A DNA stretch of 62,893 nt, counting the filler, from Diploschistes diacapsis (taxonomy: Eukaryota): assembly GCA_023645945.1 (NCBI GenBank). It is 10 parts of 10 records of this genome, joined end to end, with 100 filler letters (N's around TTAATTAATTAA, not from the genome) between each part and the next. Parts side by side here need not be neighbours in the genome. Positions count along the whole stretch, not along the records: positions 31,534 to 55,199 come from JALAIB010000258.1; 9 more parts are not named here. One strand, 5' to 3'. The number at the start of each line of letters is the position of its first letter. The first letter of the stretch is position 1. The translations under genes were made by a program, and so were the position numbers. The notes under the pieces were generated by a model, which was not told where the DNA came from, did not search any database, and saw only the letters and a list, made by a program, of their open reading frames with translations. Of this stretch, positions 39,230 through 49,644 are shown one piece after another.

Positions 39230-41700
39230 TCTCTGCTCTGGCTGGGCCTTGTGAGTTTCTTCGCTCGGGCTCGTGAGAGAGGCTCGAGGCAGGACTGGAG
39301 CGGTATCAACGGCGATCAAGTCCACAAAGAACTCGAAGCTGGAACGGAGAAACGGGACGGCTATGCGCTCCGTCTCCGGCATGGGTAAAGTTTTTTTGCG
39401 TCCTGTGACCTTCTCGGGCTCTTTCTTCTTTCCCCTTTGCCGCCAATGACTCTGCACCCCTCGTTCGTAGTTGTTGCACAGAATATGGGTAAAGATGTTG
39501 CCAACGATGTCTACGATCTGGAGACGTTGAAAGACTTCGTGCATCAAGTTGGCCACCGCATGAACGGCGTCGAGGGCGTCGAGGGCGAGGATGATACGCC
39601 CTCTTTCGAGAGCGTCAAACAGGCGAGGAAAGATTTCACGGCCGAGTTTCGACGACACAATGATCCCACCCCTGGCAACACCACCCTTTCGGTCTCGAAT
39701 GTACGCAGATCCTTGTTATGGACCCTCTTGATTCTTCATCTACCCCTCCCCGAAACATGCTGATCAGGCTGTAGTTCATAAGAGATATTCCAAAGAAAAA
39801 GCTGAATCTCCCGCTCTACAAGCGAAAGCAACGCTACGGCACCAACAACCACCTATTCTGTCTGGGTAGGCAGCCACAGGAAAACGACCGGTATTTCATA
39901 CCTAAGGCCCGGTTATCAGAGCGGCTACATGGTCAGAGATGCCGGACTACGTCTTCACCCCGTCAAGGGTAGGCGAAATACATGAGTCCAGCGCTCGGGC
40001 AGGCTCCGGTCGAGGCCTTTGTCATCGCTTGATTCAGCAGTTGCGACTCCAGGTCGTGGATTGAACTGACGTATCGTCCCGGGGTTCTCAGGATGTTATC
40101 TTCGCAGTTTTTCGGATTGAGCATGGGAAGGCCGACTTCGCTGCTCAACTTGCATGGGATGCAAAAGCCACAAGCTGGACGCCCGACAAAGGGTAAAAAC
40201 CATCTCGCCTCAAGCTTACAATCGATTCTGGCTGTTATAATAGACCCGAGCAGGCTATTCATGAGGGCTTGGAACCGCGACCTTTCTTCCTTAGCCCTAT
40301 CTTCCAAGCTGGCCATGTGCCTAACTCGAGGCGCCTTCCGAGACTACAGCATGATGGAACAGCTCCTTGTGATTACCCCGCTAACTGAAATGCAAATGTA
40401 CCATCTCGGGTGGGAACCGCGGGTGCTGGACACACCCTTCTATGACGGTAAGGAGCGGGATATGGAGAAAGCAAACTCGTTCTCCAACCGACTTAATGCT
40501 CTGTGTTGCCATGCCCACTACCTCGGCCTCCAACAACCCATGACTTCAGAGCCGAGGGCCTTCATATCGTTTGTAAACCCTCCTTTATCGCCTGGCATTT
40601 CTTTTTTTCTCTTTGATTTTCTGCTCCCGCTCTAACAGATCACATAAATAAACTTTATTCCAAGTCGCTGAGAATTGAACATGGGGGCCACCTCAATTCT
40701 ATTACCCATCGTAATCATAATCATTATCAGCCCAACAATCCTGGGATCGACGGTCAGGATGCTGGCCTCGCTGGACAGCTCCGCACCCCTTCTGGCCCAT
40801 CTATTTCGTGGTATGACTGTGGCACACAATCCCAACCTCTTGCAGGAGTTGCCCGCAGAGAAGAAATACGAAATTGAGCCGGGTCCGGAGTTTGTTGCAT
40901 TGAGTGGACAAATGTGGGATTTGAAAGCTGAGCCTCCATCGGAAGAGCGGGAAAAGCGGCCCCGCAAGCTGTAATCTGAGAAGTACAAAGCTAATGAATC
41001 CCAAGCTTCGCGAAGCCCTAGAAAACCAAGAGTGCAGGCAGCCCGCAACGGCCGCGGCAGAAATCCAATATATTTGGAGGTCACCTCGCACGCTCTGGCC
41101 GCTTTTGTCGCCCTGAGCAACAGCGCCTGTTAAAGGACATGTTGTGGTTTGTTGGCTGCGAAGCCCCTAAGATCGGAACGTTCAGCAGGGCATAAACGCT
41201 CTGTATCAACAGAAGACTGAAATTGCCTTTCGTCCAGGTCTAAAGCCGAAAAATTGTCATTGCTTTCGGAGCAAGACGCGGGGGTCAACCAGATAAGTAT
41301 GTCATTCCCGATATCCATCCTCTGCACCAATATTTTTTATTTGCAAAGCATAAAAGACAAAGCTGACTCACTGGGTACGTTCCTACCGTTTCAGGCGCTC
41401 GCCCACGCAGAGACGGAAGCATATCTATACGTGCCATAAAAGGAACCTTTCCAAAAAAGGTGACTTTCTAGAGTTGACACATCTCGAGACCATTGATCTC
41501 GGAACATTGAGCATAGGATCTAGAATCTGGAGCATGAGTGACACATACTCGCCAATATAGCAGTCCCCAACATCGTTCTTCAACTCGTCAAGTTCAATGG
41601 GATCCCAAAACAAGCACAATTGAACCCTAATAGGCACCATTAGGAACGAAAGGGATCAAATTCGGGGTCGCATCTTCAACAAAGGAGGTCAACGAGCCGA
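39230..41700 (+). pseudogene. DUF3435-type tyrosine recombinase (Starship 'captain'), decayed
   Basis: Fragments across frames and introns: YDLETLKDFV, KQARKDFTAEFRR, YVFTPSRVGEIHESSARAGSGRGL (catalytic R, ~39966), DVIFAVFRIEHGKADFAAQL.WDAK, RGAFRDY, PPTTHDFRAEGL (HxxR, 40539-40550), HGGH...HYQPNNPGIDGQ (H and Y), LFRGMTVAHNPNLLQELPAEK, LYQQKTEIAFRPGLKPKNCHC, WKHIYTCHK. Confidence 0.85.
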
Positions 41701-42101
41701 AATGGGGACGTCGAGTGTGGAGTCAAAACAGGAGCCAGTCACCATAAGGACACCCATGATAGACGACAAGGCGGAGCCCGAGGGAAGGGGGCCAGAAAGG
41801 TTGGAAGCAAGGCTCGTAGCGCTGCACCCGTTCAGATTCCTGGCATAACACAGTTAATGCTCAGCTTGCGGTTGGGTTGAATAGCACAAGACTCTATGAA
41901 TTCTTCAAATGGTGAGGTTCATGTTCTAGTTGCGGCCTGGCCGATTGCGACGTTCCCGAATTCTTGCAGAAGACCTCGTATTGCGCAGTTTAGGAATTTT
42001 CTTTGACATATCTACGTTCGGCGCAAGGCGGTCATTGCGTCCAGAACGCACTGGATCGGAAGACTGGGGAGTGATGCAAATAGCATCCACTTCCAAGATA
42101 G

Positions 42102-43700
42102 TCAGAGATCGGGTGGCGTGGGCCTGTCGACGAGTACGTAAGGCTCACTGACAACCCCAACCGAACCACCAGCGCTGCTATAGCCATTCTCGTACTCAAG
42201 ACATCCATCTTCCTCTGGGGTTAGTTTTTCATTGCTTTGAGCTTGTGAAAGCTCGTAGTGGTTCAACAACTCCTTCTTGAGCGAGTAGGGATTTTTTCGA
42301 GTCCATTCTTCGAGGTTTCGTAACTGTTGACGGCCGGTCTTAAAGCTTCTGGAATTCAAATGCATATTTGTGTCAGTAGCGAGCGTCTGGTGATTAGTTA
42401 CTTTCCCTGAAGCATCCTTTATCGCATAGCGTGCGGACGTGATTATGTGTGCCATCTGAGATGAAGCTACAGATGCGCGCTGTACCAGGTGGATCTGCTC
42501 TACCCATTGATTCAAGAGCCCTATTCCGACCATAGACGAGGCTCGTTGCATCGTAAGCTGCCTGCTCTTGTGCTTGGATCAAGTCCCCGCCTGGTTCTTG
42601 AATTCTCCAGCCATATGTGCAAGGGTAATTGCATGCTTGCCTGCAGTCGGAACAGCAGACCCACCAAGTTTTCCCCTAGCTGGATATGGCTTGAAGTCCT
42701 GGAGGTTGATGCCTCGAATTAAATCAGGCTCTGGTGCAGATAGGCCGTCATTAATCCGACGTTATCAGGATACTCGGTGAATTGCTGATTATAGGCAGAA
42801 CGATAGCTCCCATCGTTATACTTCTTCAGTAACCCAATGACGGGTTGCTTCACAGTGTCTTCGTTCTCCGCTGTTGCTGTGTCGAATAGATACTGCCTAG
42901 ACTCGTCGAGGTCGGGCGAGGCAGATTCGCGTGGTCGATTGAGATATTCACAAATTTCGTCAAAGTTGCTGGGTTGTGTGGATTCCATTGGCACCAGGAT
43001 GCCATTGGTTACTGCAATTTCTGGAAACCTAGGGTCACTAGCCGAGACAGTTTTTGCGCTCGTGGAGGTATCCTCGGTCCGTCCCGATTGGGTCCCAGTC
43101 TTCCGAGATCTCGGCATGTTCACGAACTCCCACTGTCGAAGTACCGACTTCTCAACAGATGGTAGATGTTGCGAGTGGGTTTGACGGTGGAGATGCTTTA
43201 AGTGTTTCGAGGTAAGCGTAAGGGCATCCGTGTCGACCGCTCGCGAGGATTGAGCTTGATCCCGGATAGCTTTTGTCGTTTGGCCTGCGGCTCAACGACG
43301 CCGTCTTGATCCCAGTGCCTTTTGCGTGTCGGAAGAGGATTTTCGTTGACGGGAGAACGGCTTCTCGGGGTAGGGTTGTTTTGACCTAGAGTACAGTGTA
43401 TGGATTAGCACGGTGCAACGACGATGAAGGAACGGCTTCGCCAATAGAAAAGCTCCGTAAACATCCACAACAGAGGATTAACTGACCTTTTGGGGTCTTT
43501 AGAATCTTCCGTTTAGCCTGAGGTCGCTTTTCGTTGGACGCAGCAATGTGTTTGGTTGTTCCGGGTGGCGATCTCGTTCGTTTTCCTTCGTGCTCAATTC
43601 TCTGTTGGTTCAAGTCATGAATCCTCTGCAATCGTAAGCTCTTGCGAAAAGGTTGACGTTGAAATTTATTCTCGAAGTTGCGGCGTTGTTTGCTGGCCAT
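42102..43700 (-). pseudogene. PD-(D/E)xK nuclease-like (DUF7924-related) protein, frameshifted
   Basis: SAYNQQFTEYPDNVG/NDGLSAPEPDLIRG...LAHMAGEFK/GDLIQAQEQAAYDATSLVYGRNRAL...FISDGT/...FKTGRQQLRNLEEW, with at least three frame breaks; basic N-terminus containing RKSLRLQ. Confidence 0.7.
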
Positions 43701-44378
43701 AGATCATAAGCCAAGGACCATGGTAAGGAATATATAAGTATTAACGATTCTTCTGTAGTCTTGGACTCTTGTGTGTGTGCTCGGTTGGTTTCTCGTTTTC
43801 AGCGGCTCGATCTCGTTTATCTACATGCAGTTAATAACGATGACCCTGTAAGGATGAAGAGTGCTCGCACGACTTTGCTGATCTGATTCGACCTGCTTGT
43901 CGGATTTGGTGTTCTGGCCTTTACGTGCTCTGTCTGTGTCTTCCTTCGTGTCACGAGCTTTCATATTGATTGGAATGATTGGTGGAGGGATGGGGGATTT
44001 GGCATCTTTCTATAGTTCGGGCGGTAAAGACGATAATTCCTTTAGAATGATACAAAAGACGTGGGTCCTTGCTTGCTGAGAGCTTAGCACGAAATATCAA
44101 GAGCCAAAATCATTGGCTGCTGGAAGTCCATAATGATCCTCAGCCTCGCACTCTCTCTCAAAGCTTCCAAAATTCCAAAAAGAGGTGAAGGCAAGGTGTA
44201 TAGTGAAGAACTCGATGAGGCAATTTGTGTTCGATTTTTGTTGACCGCATCGCTCGGGTTTTCGGCCTTGCGCCAAGCGCGACGTCAGCAACCAGGATGG
44301 ATAAACTCTCAGCATGTCTCTGAATTTCTTCCTTTTCCATTCCCTTCCATTTCCTTGTTACACATATCTCGTCCCGCT

Positions 44379-45943
44379 ATGGCCATCGACGGCATGGAGT
44401 TCAGCCTGTCGGACGAGGCGCACGTGATGCAATTCGACGCCTTCAATCAGAATGCCGAGAACCCCAAGGACGTCCGCAGGTCCAAGCACCACCGGGGATG
44501 GCGCAAGATCGTGCGGAATTTTACGCCAGCGTAAGCACTCTCTTTCCCCTAGCGGCCCTTCCCTCCTTGCGTCTTCCTCATCTCACCTCCTCCCCTCTCC
44601 TCGCCCCTCCTTTCTAACCCCACTCTCCCTGCCAACAGCTGGTTCTCCGTCAATATGGGCACGGGCGTCGTCTCGCTGCTCCTCTACAGCCTCCCCTACC
44701 CGGCCCCCTGGCTCTATTACCTCTCCATTGCCGTCTTCTGCCTCAACATCCTCCTCTTCGCCATCTTCCTCCTCCTCTCCCTCCTCCGCTACACCCTCTA
44801 CCCATCCCTCTGGCTCGCCATGGTCCGCCACCCGGCCCAGTCCCTGTTCCTGGGCACCTTCTCCATGGGCTTCGCGACGATCCTAAACATGCTGGTGCTC
44901 GTGTGCGTGCCGCTGTGGGGCCCGTGGGCGCTGACCCTCGCCTGGGCGCTCTGGTGGGCCGACGCGCTCGTTGCCCTCGCCGTTTGCGCCACCATGCCCT
45001 TCATCATCATGCAGGTCCACCGCCCCGAGCTGCGCAGCATGTCCGCCGCCTGGCTTCTGCCCATCGTGACCACCGTCGTCGCCGCCGCCAGCGGCGCCCT
45101 GGTCGCCGGGGCGCTGGGGGTTGACAAGCCGCAGCACGCGCTGTGGACGCTGGCCGTCTCGTACGTGCTGTGGGGCACGGGCGTTAGTCTCGCGATGAGC
45201 GTGCTGGTTATCTATTTCCACCGCCTGGTGCTCTACAGGATCCCGCCGCGCGAGGTCATCGTGTCAGTCTTCCTGCCGCTCGGCCCGCTCGGGCAGGGCG
45301 GGTACGGAGCCATGTTACTGGGAAAGGTGGCGCGGGCGGTGTTCCCATTGACGGGGACGCTGAGCGCGGGCGAGACGCGCGCGGGGGATGTGCTGTATGT
45401 GGTGGGGTGGGTGGTGGCGATGGTGATGTGGGGTTATGGGCTGCTGTGGCTGTTTTTTGCGGTCGCGAGCATTAGTCGCAGCAGGTTCCCGTTCAATATG
45501 GGCTGGTGGGGGTTCACGTTTCCGCTGGGAGTCTATGGGCTGTGCACGATCCAGCTGGGGAGGGAGATGCCGAGTATGTTTTTCGACGTCCTGGGCACGG
45601 TATGTTGTCTTCCTTGTATTTGTCCAGTCGACCGTGGTGCTACAGCATCGGCTTTCTTATGTTTTAAGAACCTTCCCTACGTTCGAGCGATCTCCTACGG
45701 TTGTCACACATTGTCCATCATTATTAAAGAAAACATATCGTCAAGCCACTAACATCCCCGCAGATCATCGCAGTCTCCGTCATCCTCCTCTGGATCATGG
45801 TCGCTTCCATCACCATCAAAAAGGCCGTGTCGGGCGAGATCTTCGTCGCCCCCTGCCTGTCCAGCATAGACCGGGACCACGACCACGACCAGGGCCAGGA
45901 GCAGAGCCAGGCCGGGGAAAAGGATGAAAGGGCACAGGTGTGA
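44379..45943 (+). CDS. SSU1: Sulfite efflux pump Ssu1 / TDT (SLAC1) family transporter (exons 44379-44530, 44639-45599, 45764-45943)
   Basis: GWRKIVRNFTPAWFSVNMGTGVVS, HPAQSLFLGTFSMGFATI, AAWLLPIV, REVIVSVFLPLGPLGQGG, FPFNMGWWGFTFPLGVY, GEIFVAPCL. Two canonical introns keep the frame; about ten hydrophobic helices. Confidence 0.88.
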
Positions 45944-47128
45944 AAAAGGATGAATCTGACTGCTACCAAACGACGGTGGCGCGTCCAAGAACTTGACAGG
46001 CCAAAAGCTTTGACCCGTGAGAAGCCCGTTTGGGTCTCCTGGGGATGTTCGCTACGTTGTCCTTTTCTCGTCTCATTCTTCACGACGAGAACCTCCGCCA
46101 AGGGCTGAAGCTAGGGCTGGAACGGAGAAGAGATCGCCAACGGCAAAACGGTGCGGCAAAGGCAGCAACAAAGACGTGGTGCAGAAGGACTAGAAAGGCC
46201 TGAAAGGCGGATGGGGATAGAAGACAATGCCACCAGCGCCGGTGACTATTCAGAATCGAACCGTCTGGCCATCCGGCTTTTTAGCTCTTTTTTCGATTAA
46301 CGGTCACCGAATCAAGCCCGGTCCTCAATCCGCTCATCCACGTCGATATCAGTGAGATAATGGGCCCTGTACACGCCAGCCTGGAGTACACCAGGGAGAA
46401 AAGCAGGAGCGAAGGCCTCGACTTCTTACTAGTAAGCAGATGGGTGAGAGTGGCCACAAGACGCGGAGAGAAACAGGAGGGACGAGGGGCTGGGCTGGGC
46501 TGCACTGGACTGGGTCTACTATCCATTAGATGTTTCTAGCATGTAATGTCGGTGATAGTCGCTGTCAGCGCAAGAAAGAAGCCGGCCCTGTCCTCTCCTA
46601 GATTCTGGAGACTGGAGAAAGTGGTTGGCTTTGTTTTCGGTGAGTGCTCATCGAGGGGGATTGGTTAGGAGGAAGGGCCGAGAAGGAAGTGTGAGTAAAG
46701 GAGGAGGAGCGAGGGTGAGGTGGAGGAGGGAAAAGAAAAGAGGAGGAGAAAGAGGAGGAGAGAGAGGAATGTCGTGTTCCCAAGAGACACGGGGCGCTAT
46801 TTAGGATATCTAGATTCGGAGTGTCTAACAATGGGATTCTTCTGGGGTGTACGTTCAGTCCCATCGCTCTGTTGTATATAGAGATAGCCCTGCGACCTCC
46901 AACCAGCTGTGTCTACCCTGCGTTCTACTCCCGAAGCGTGGGCGTTTACCTTGGATTATTGTACAGGATATAGTGAGAAAGGCAGATACGTACGAGCTAC
47001 TCGAGTAGTTGGAGGTGTGGTTTCGCTATATATATCAGTTTGGTTCAATACTGGCACAAAGCAGTTGGTCTTTCGGCTATGTGGCCTTAGCGGTACTAAA
47101 CTGGCGCTTGCAATATCACAGAGGTAAA

Positions 47129-47249
47129 GTACCCCCCAGGATAAAAGTCAGCGCTGGTTTAGTGCGCTCAGGGGCCTTTCACCGTTGTATCAGGACATGT
47201 TGAGCCTTTTTTTCATTCTAGTCAGCGCTAACCCTTATTCTGGGGATAC
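47129..47249. mobile_element. MITE-like inverted-repeat element, copy 2
   Basis: GTACCCCCCAGGATAAAAGTCAGCGCTGG ... CTAGTCAGCGCTAACCCTTATTCTGGGGATAC; same terminal motif as 5912-6005 with a different interior. Confidence 0.7.
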
Positions 47250-47407
47250 TTCGTAGGACAAACGAGTGAGCCGCCGGGCAGGCGGGGATTGGCTCTAAGT
47301 CTAAACTCGTCATCCCCTGCCTTCGCCAACATCCAGCGTTAAATTGATAACTAGCCGCTCAAGATTCATTCTGCAATCCTCCATTCCAAACCATCATAGC
47401 TTCGGTG

Positions 47408-47415
47408 TATAAAAA
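47408..47415 (+). promoter_or_regulatory. Candidate TATA box
   Basis: TATAAAAA 40 nt upstream of the proposed ATG at 47448. Confidence 0.35.
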
Positions 47416-47447
47416 CTCAGTACATCCTCCTCCGTCCGCTAAACAGT

Positions 47448-49644
47448 ATGGAAGCTGGCGCTACGAAGCAAAACACGGGCAGAGCGCAAACCTGCCGGTC
47501 GAAACCAGACAAACAGGTCAAACCAGATCCTCCAGATCCACCAGATCGTCAGACTTCCTCACCCTTCTGACATCCGGCATGGCTAACTGTATACAGGTAA
47601 ACGGCGCCGTGACGCCAGAGACGAAGTTGCATCCGAACGCATATCCAAGAGGCAGAAAATAGAAGGGAATTATCAGATTACACAGTCCCGACCTTGTCGC
47701 AGAAGCACCAGATTGCAGGAGAGACGGGGTTCAAATCAACGAACCGCGCGGGAAATAACATTACCAGGGTCGCTTCAGAACACTGAATCGCGCCGTAACG
47801 GCAGGCAAGAACAGCGGATCGGTCGTAAAGCGTCTAGGGCTTCAAGATGTCAGTCAAACTGCGCTGCCACATTCATTTCCAATGCTAATCAACACAGCCA
47901 AACAACGCAGCGTCCTCGGAAGCAATAACAACAAGCAACACTCATCCTCTTCATCGAGCGTAAAGGCTCCAAGGAGTGGCCCGCCCCCCTCACCATTCTC
48001 AGTTGGGGATAAAGCTATTAATTTGAGAGCAGTCGAACGGCTACGAGCTATTAAGAAGGCATGTGGTTTTTTCTCAACATGAAGTCACGAAGCTAACCCA
48101 AACACCAGTCTCCCCGAAGCCTGTCAACTCCGCGGGAAGGCAAAGGACGAAACCGAAAACGATTGGAAGACCTTCAAGGTGTCCCGGCCGAGCCAGCCCC
48201 AAAGCAAGCGCAGAAGTCCCTCAAAGACTCTGCTGCGGAACCCACACAAGGTGATAAGGGATCCCACACACCCAGTGGAAGCAAGATCGATCCGATTGGA
48301 TACTGGACGGAAGAAGGAACTTGGCCCAAGGAATACTTTGAGCAAGACGATCAGACCAGGGAATATCTCAACAGAGATCTCGACGAAGAGAGCTGGCTTA
48401 GGAAATACTGGGTACCAAACATGGAACATGCCCTGGCAAGACCGAAGTCTTACTCTTCCCTTGGTGGAAAACAATCGCAATCCGGCACTACCGCACCAAG
48501 CGCCACCACACCCAGCGATCAGAAGGCACGGGAGGAAAAGAGTAGTGCATACACTGAACTACGTTATGAAATTCTACTCCAGACCAAGGGCAGCTTTATG
48601 AGTGAGTCCAAGCTAGGGATCACGAATAAAAGCCAAGAGGAATATCAGGCCTTGCTCGACGCGGACCAGCCGGTTCCAACAGACTCGCTGTTTCGTGACG
48701 ACCTGTTCAAATCGACCTGTCAAATGATAGAAAGCAGAAACGAGGCGAGAGTCGTTCGTGATATATCCTTGCTAATCGTCCCGTCTGCAGAAGCCCTGGC
48801 CATACGGGGTGCCAAACAACTCGAGATTCTGGTCGAAAGCGTCAACGAAGGCTGGAATAGCTCCATACGTTTGACTAAGCCTCGCCCGCAGCCCGACTAT
48901 TCCGTGGGATTCAGACGGGACGCCTTTACCGACGAACAACTGACTATACTTGAGCCTTTTGTTGGCAACATAGCGGATACTTCCACGTCCCTCTTCATGG
49001 CCACCTGGTACATGTATTTCCCATTCCTCACTTGTGAAGTCAAGTGCGGCGCCGCGGCGCTGGCTATCGCAGATCGCCAGAATGCCCATAGCATGACTCT
49101 TGCGGTAAGAGGCATTGTGGAGTTCTTCAAGCTCGTGAAGCGCGAAAAGGAGCTTCACAGGGAAATCCTCGCCTTCTCAATTTCGCACGATCAAACGGCG
49201 GTGAGAATCTACGGTCATTACCCCGTGATCGACGGGAATAAGACTACCTTCTACCGCCACACTATTCACAGATTTGACTTTACAGGTTTGGCTGGCAAGG
49301 AGAAGTGGACGACATACAAATTCGTCAAGAGCGTATACGATATATGGATGCCCGCCCACTTCAAGAGAATCTGCTCGGTTATCGACGAGCTGCCATCCGG
49401 TGTCAACTTTGACCTTTCGAAGAAATCCGAGCCGCTATTTCCCGAGCCTTCCGGTCTCTTGCAGCAGCTAGAAGGTCATCATCTTTCCCAACAGTCAACC
49501 GCCGAGTCGGCATCTCTGCCGGAGAAACATGACAGTCAGCCAAGCCTTGGTGGTTCACAGGACGTGACCTCGAACACAACCCCATCTCAAGGAACACAGC
49601 GAGAGACATTTCAAGTACCGAAAAAGCGGCGTACAGCAGGGTAG
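47448..49644 (+). CDS. Intact PD-(D/E)xK nuclease-like (DUF7924-type) protein with basic disordered N-terminus; three short introns, the third GC-AG (48059-48108)
   Basis: ORF 48163-49644 has IDPIGYW, RNEARVVRDISLLIVPSAE, ESVNEGWN, PRPQPDYSVGFRR, YFPFLTCEVKCG, ADRQNAHSM, ILAFSISHD, VRIYGHYP. It extends in frame to ATG 47448 through GTCAGA, GTCAGT and GCATGT donors, each with a GCTAAY branch point; ends in an NLS-like PKKRR. Confidence 0.85.
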
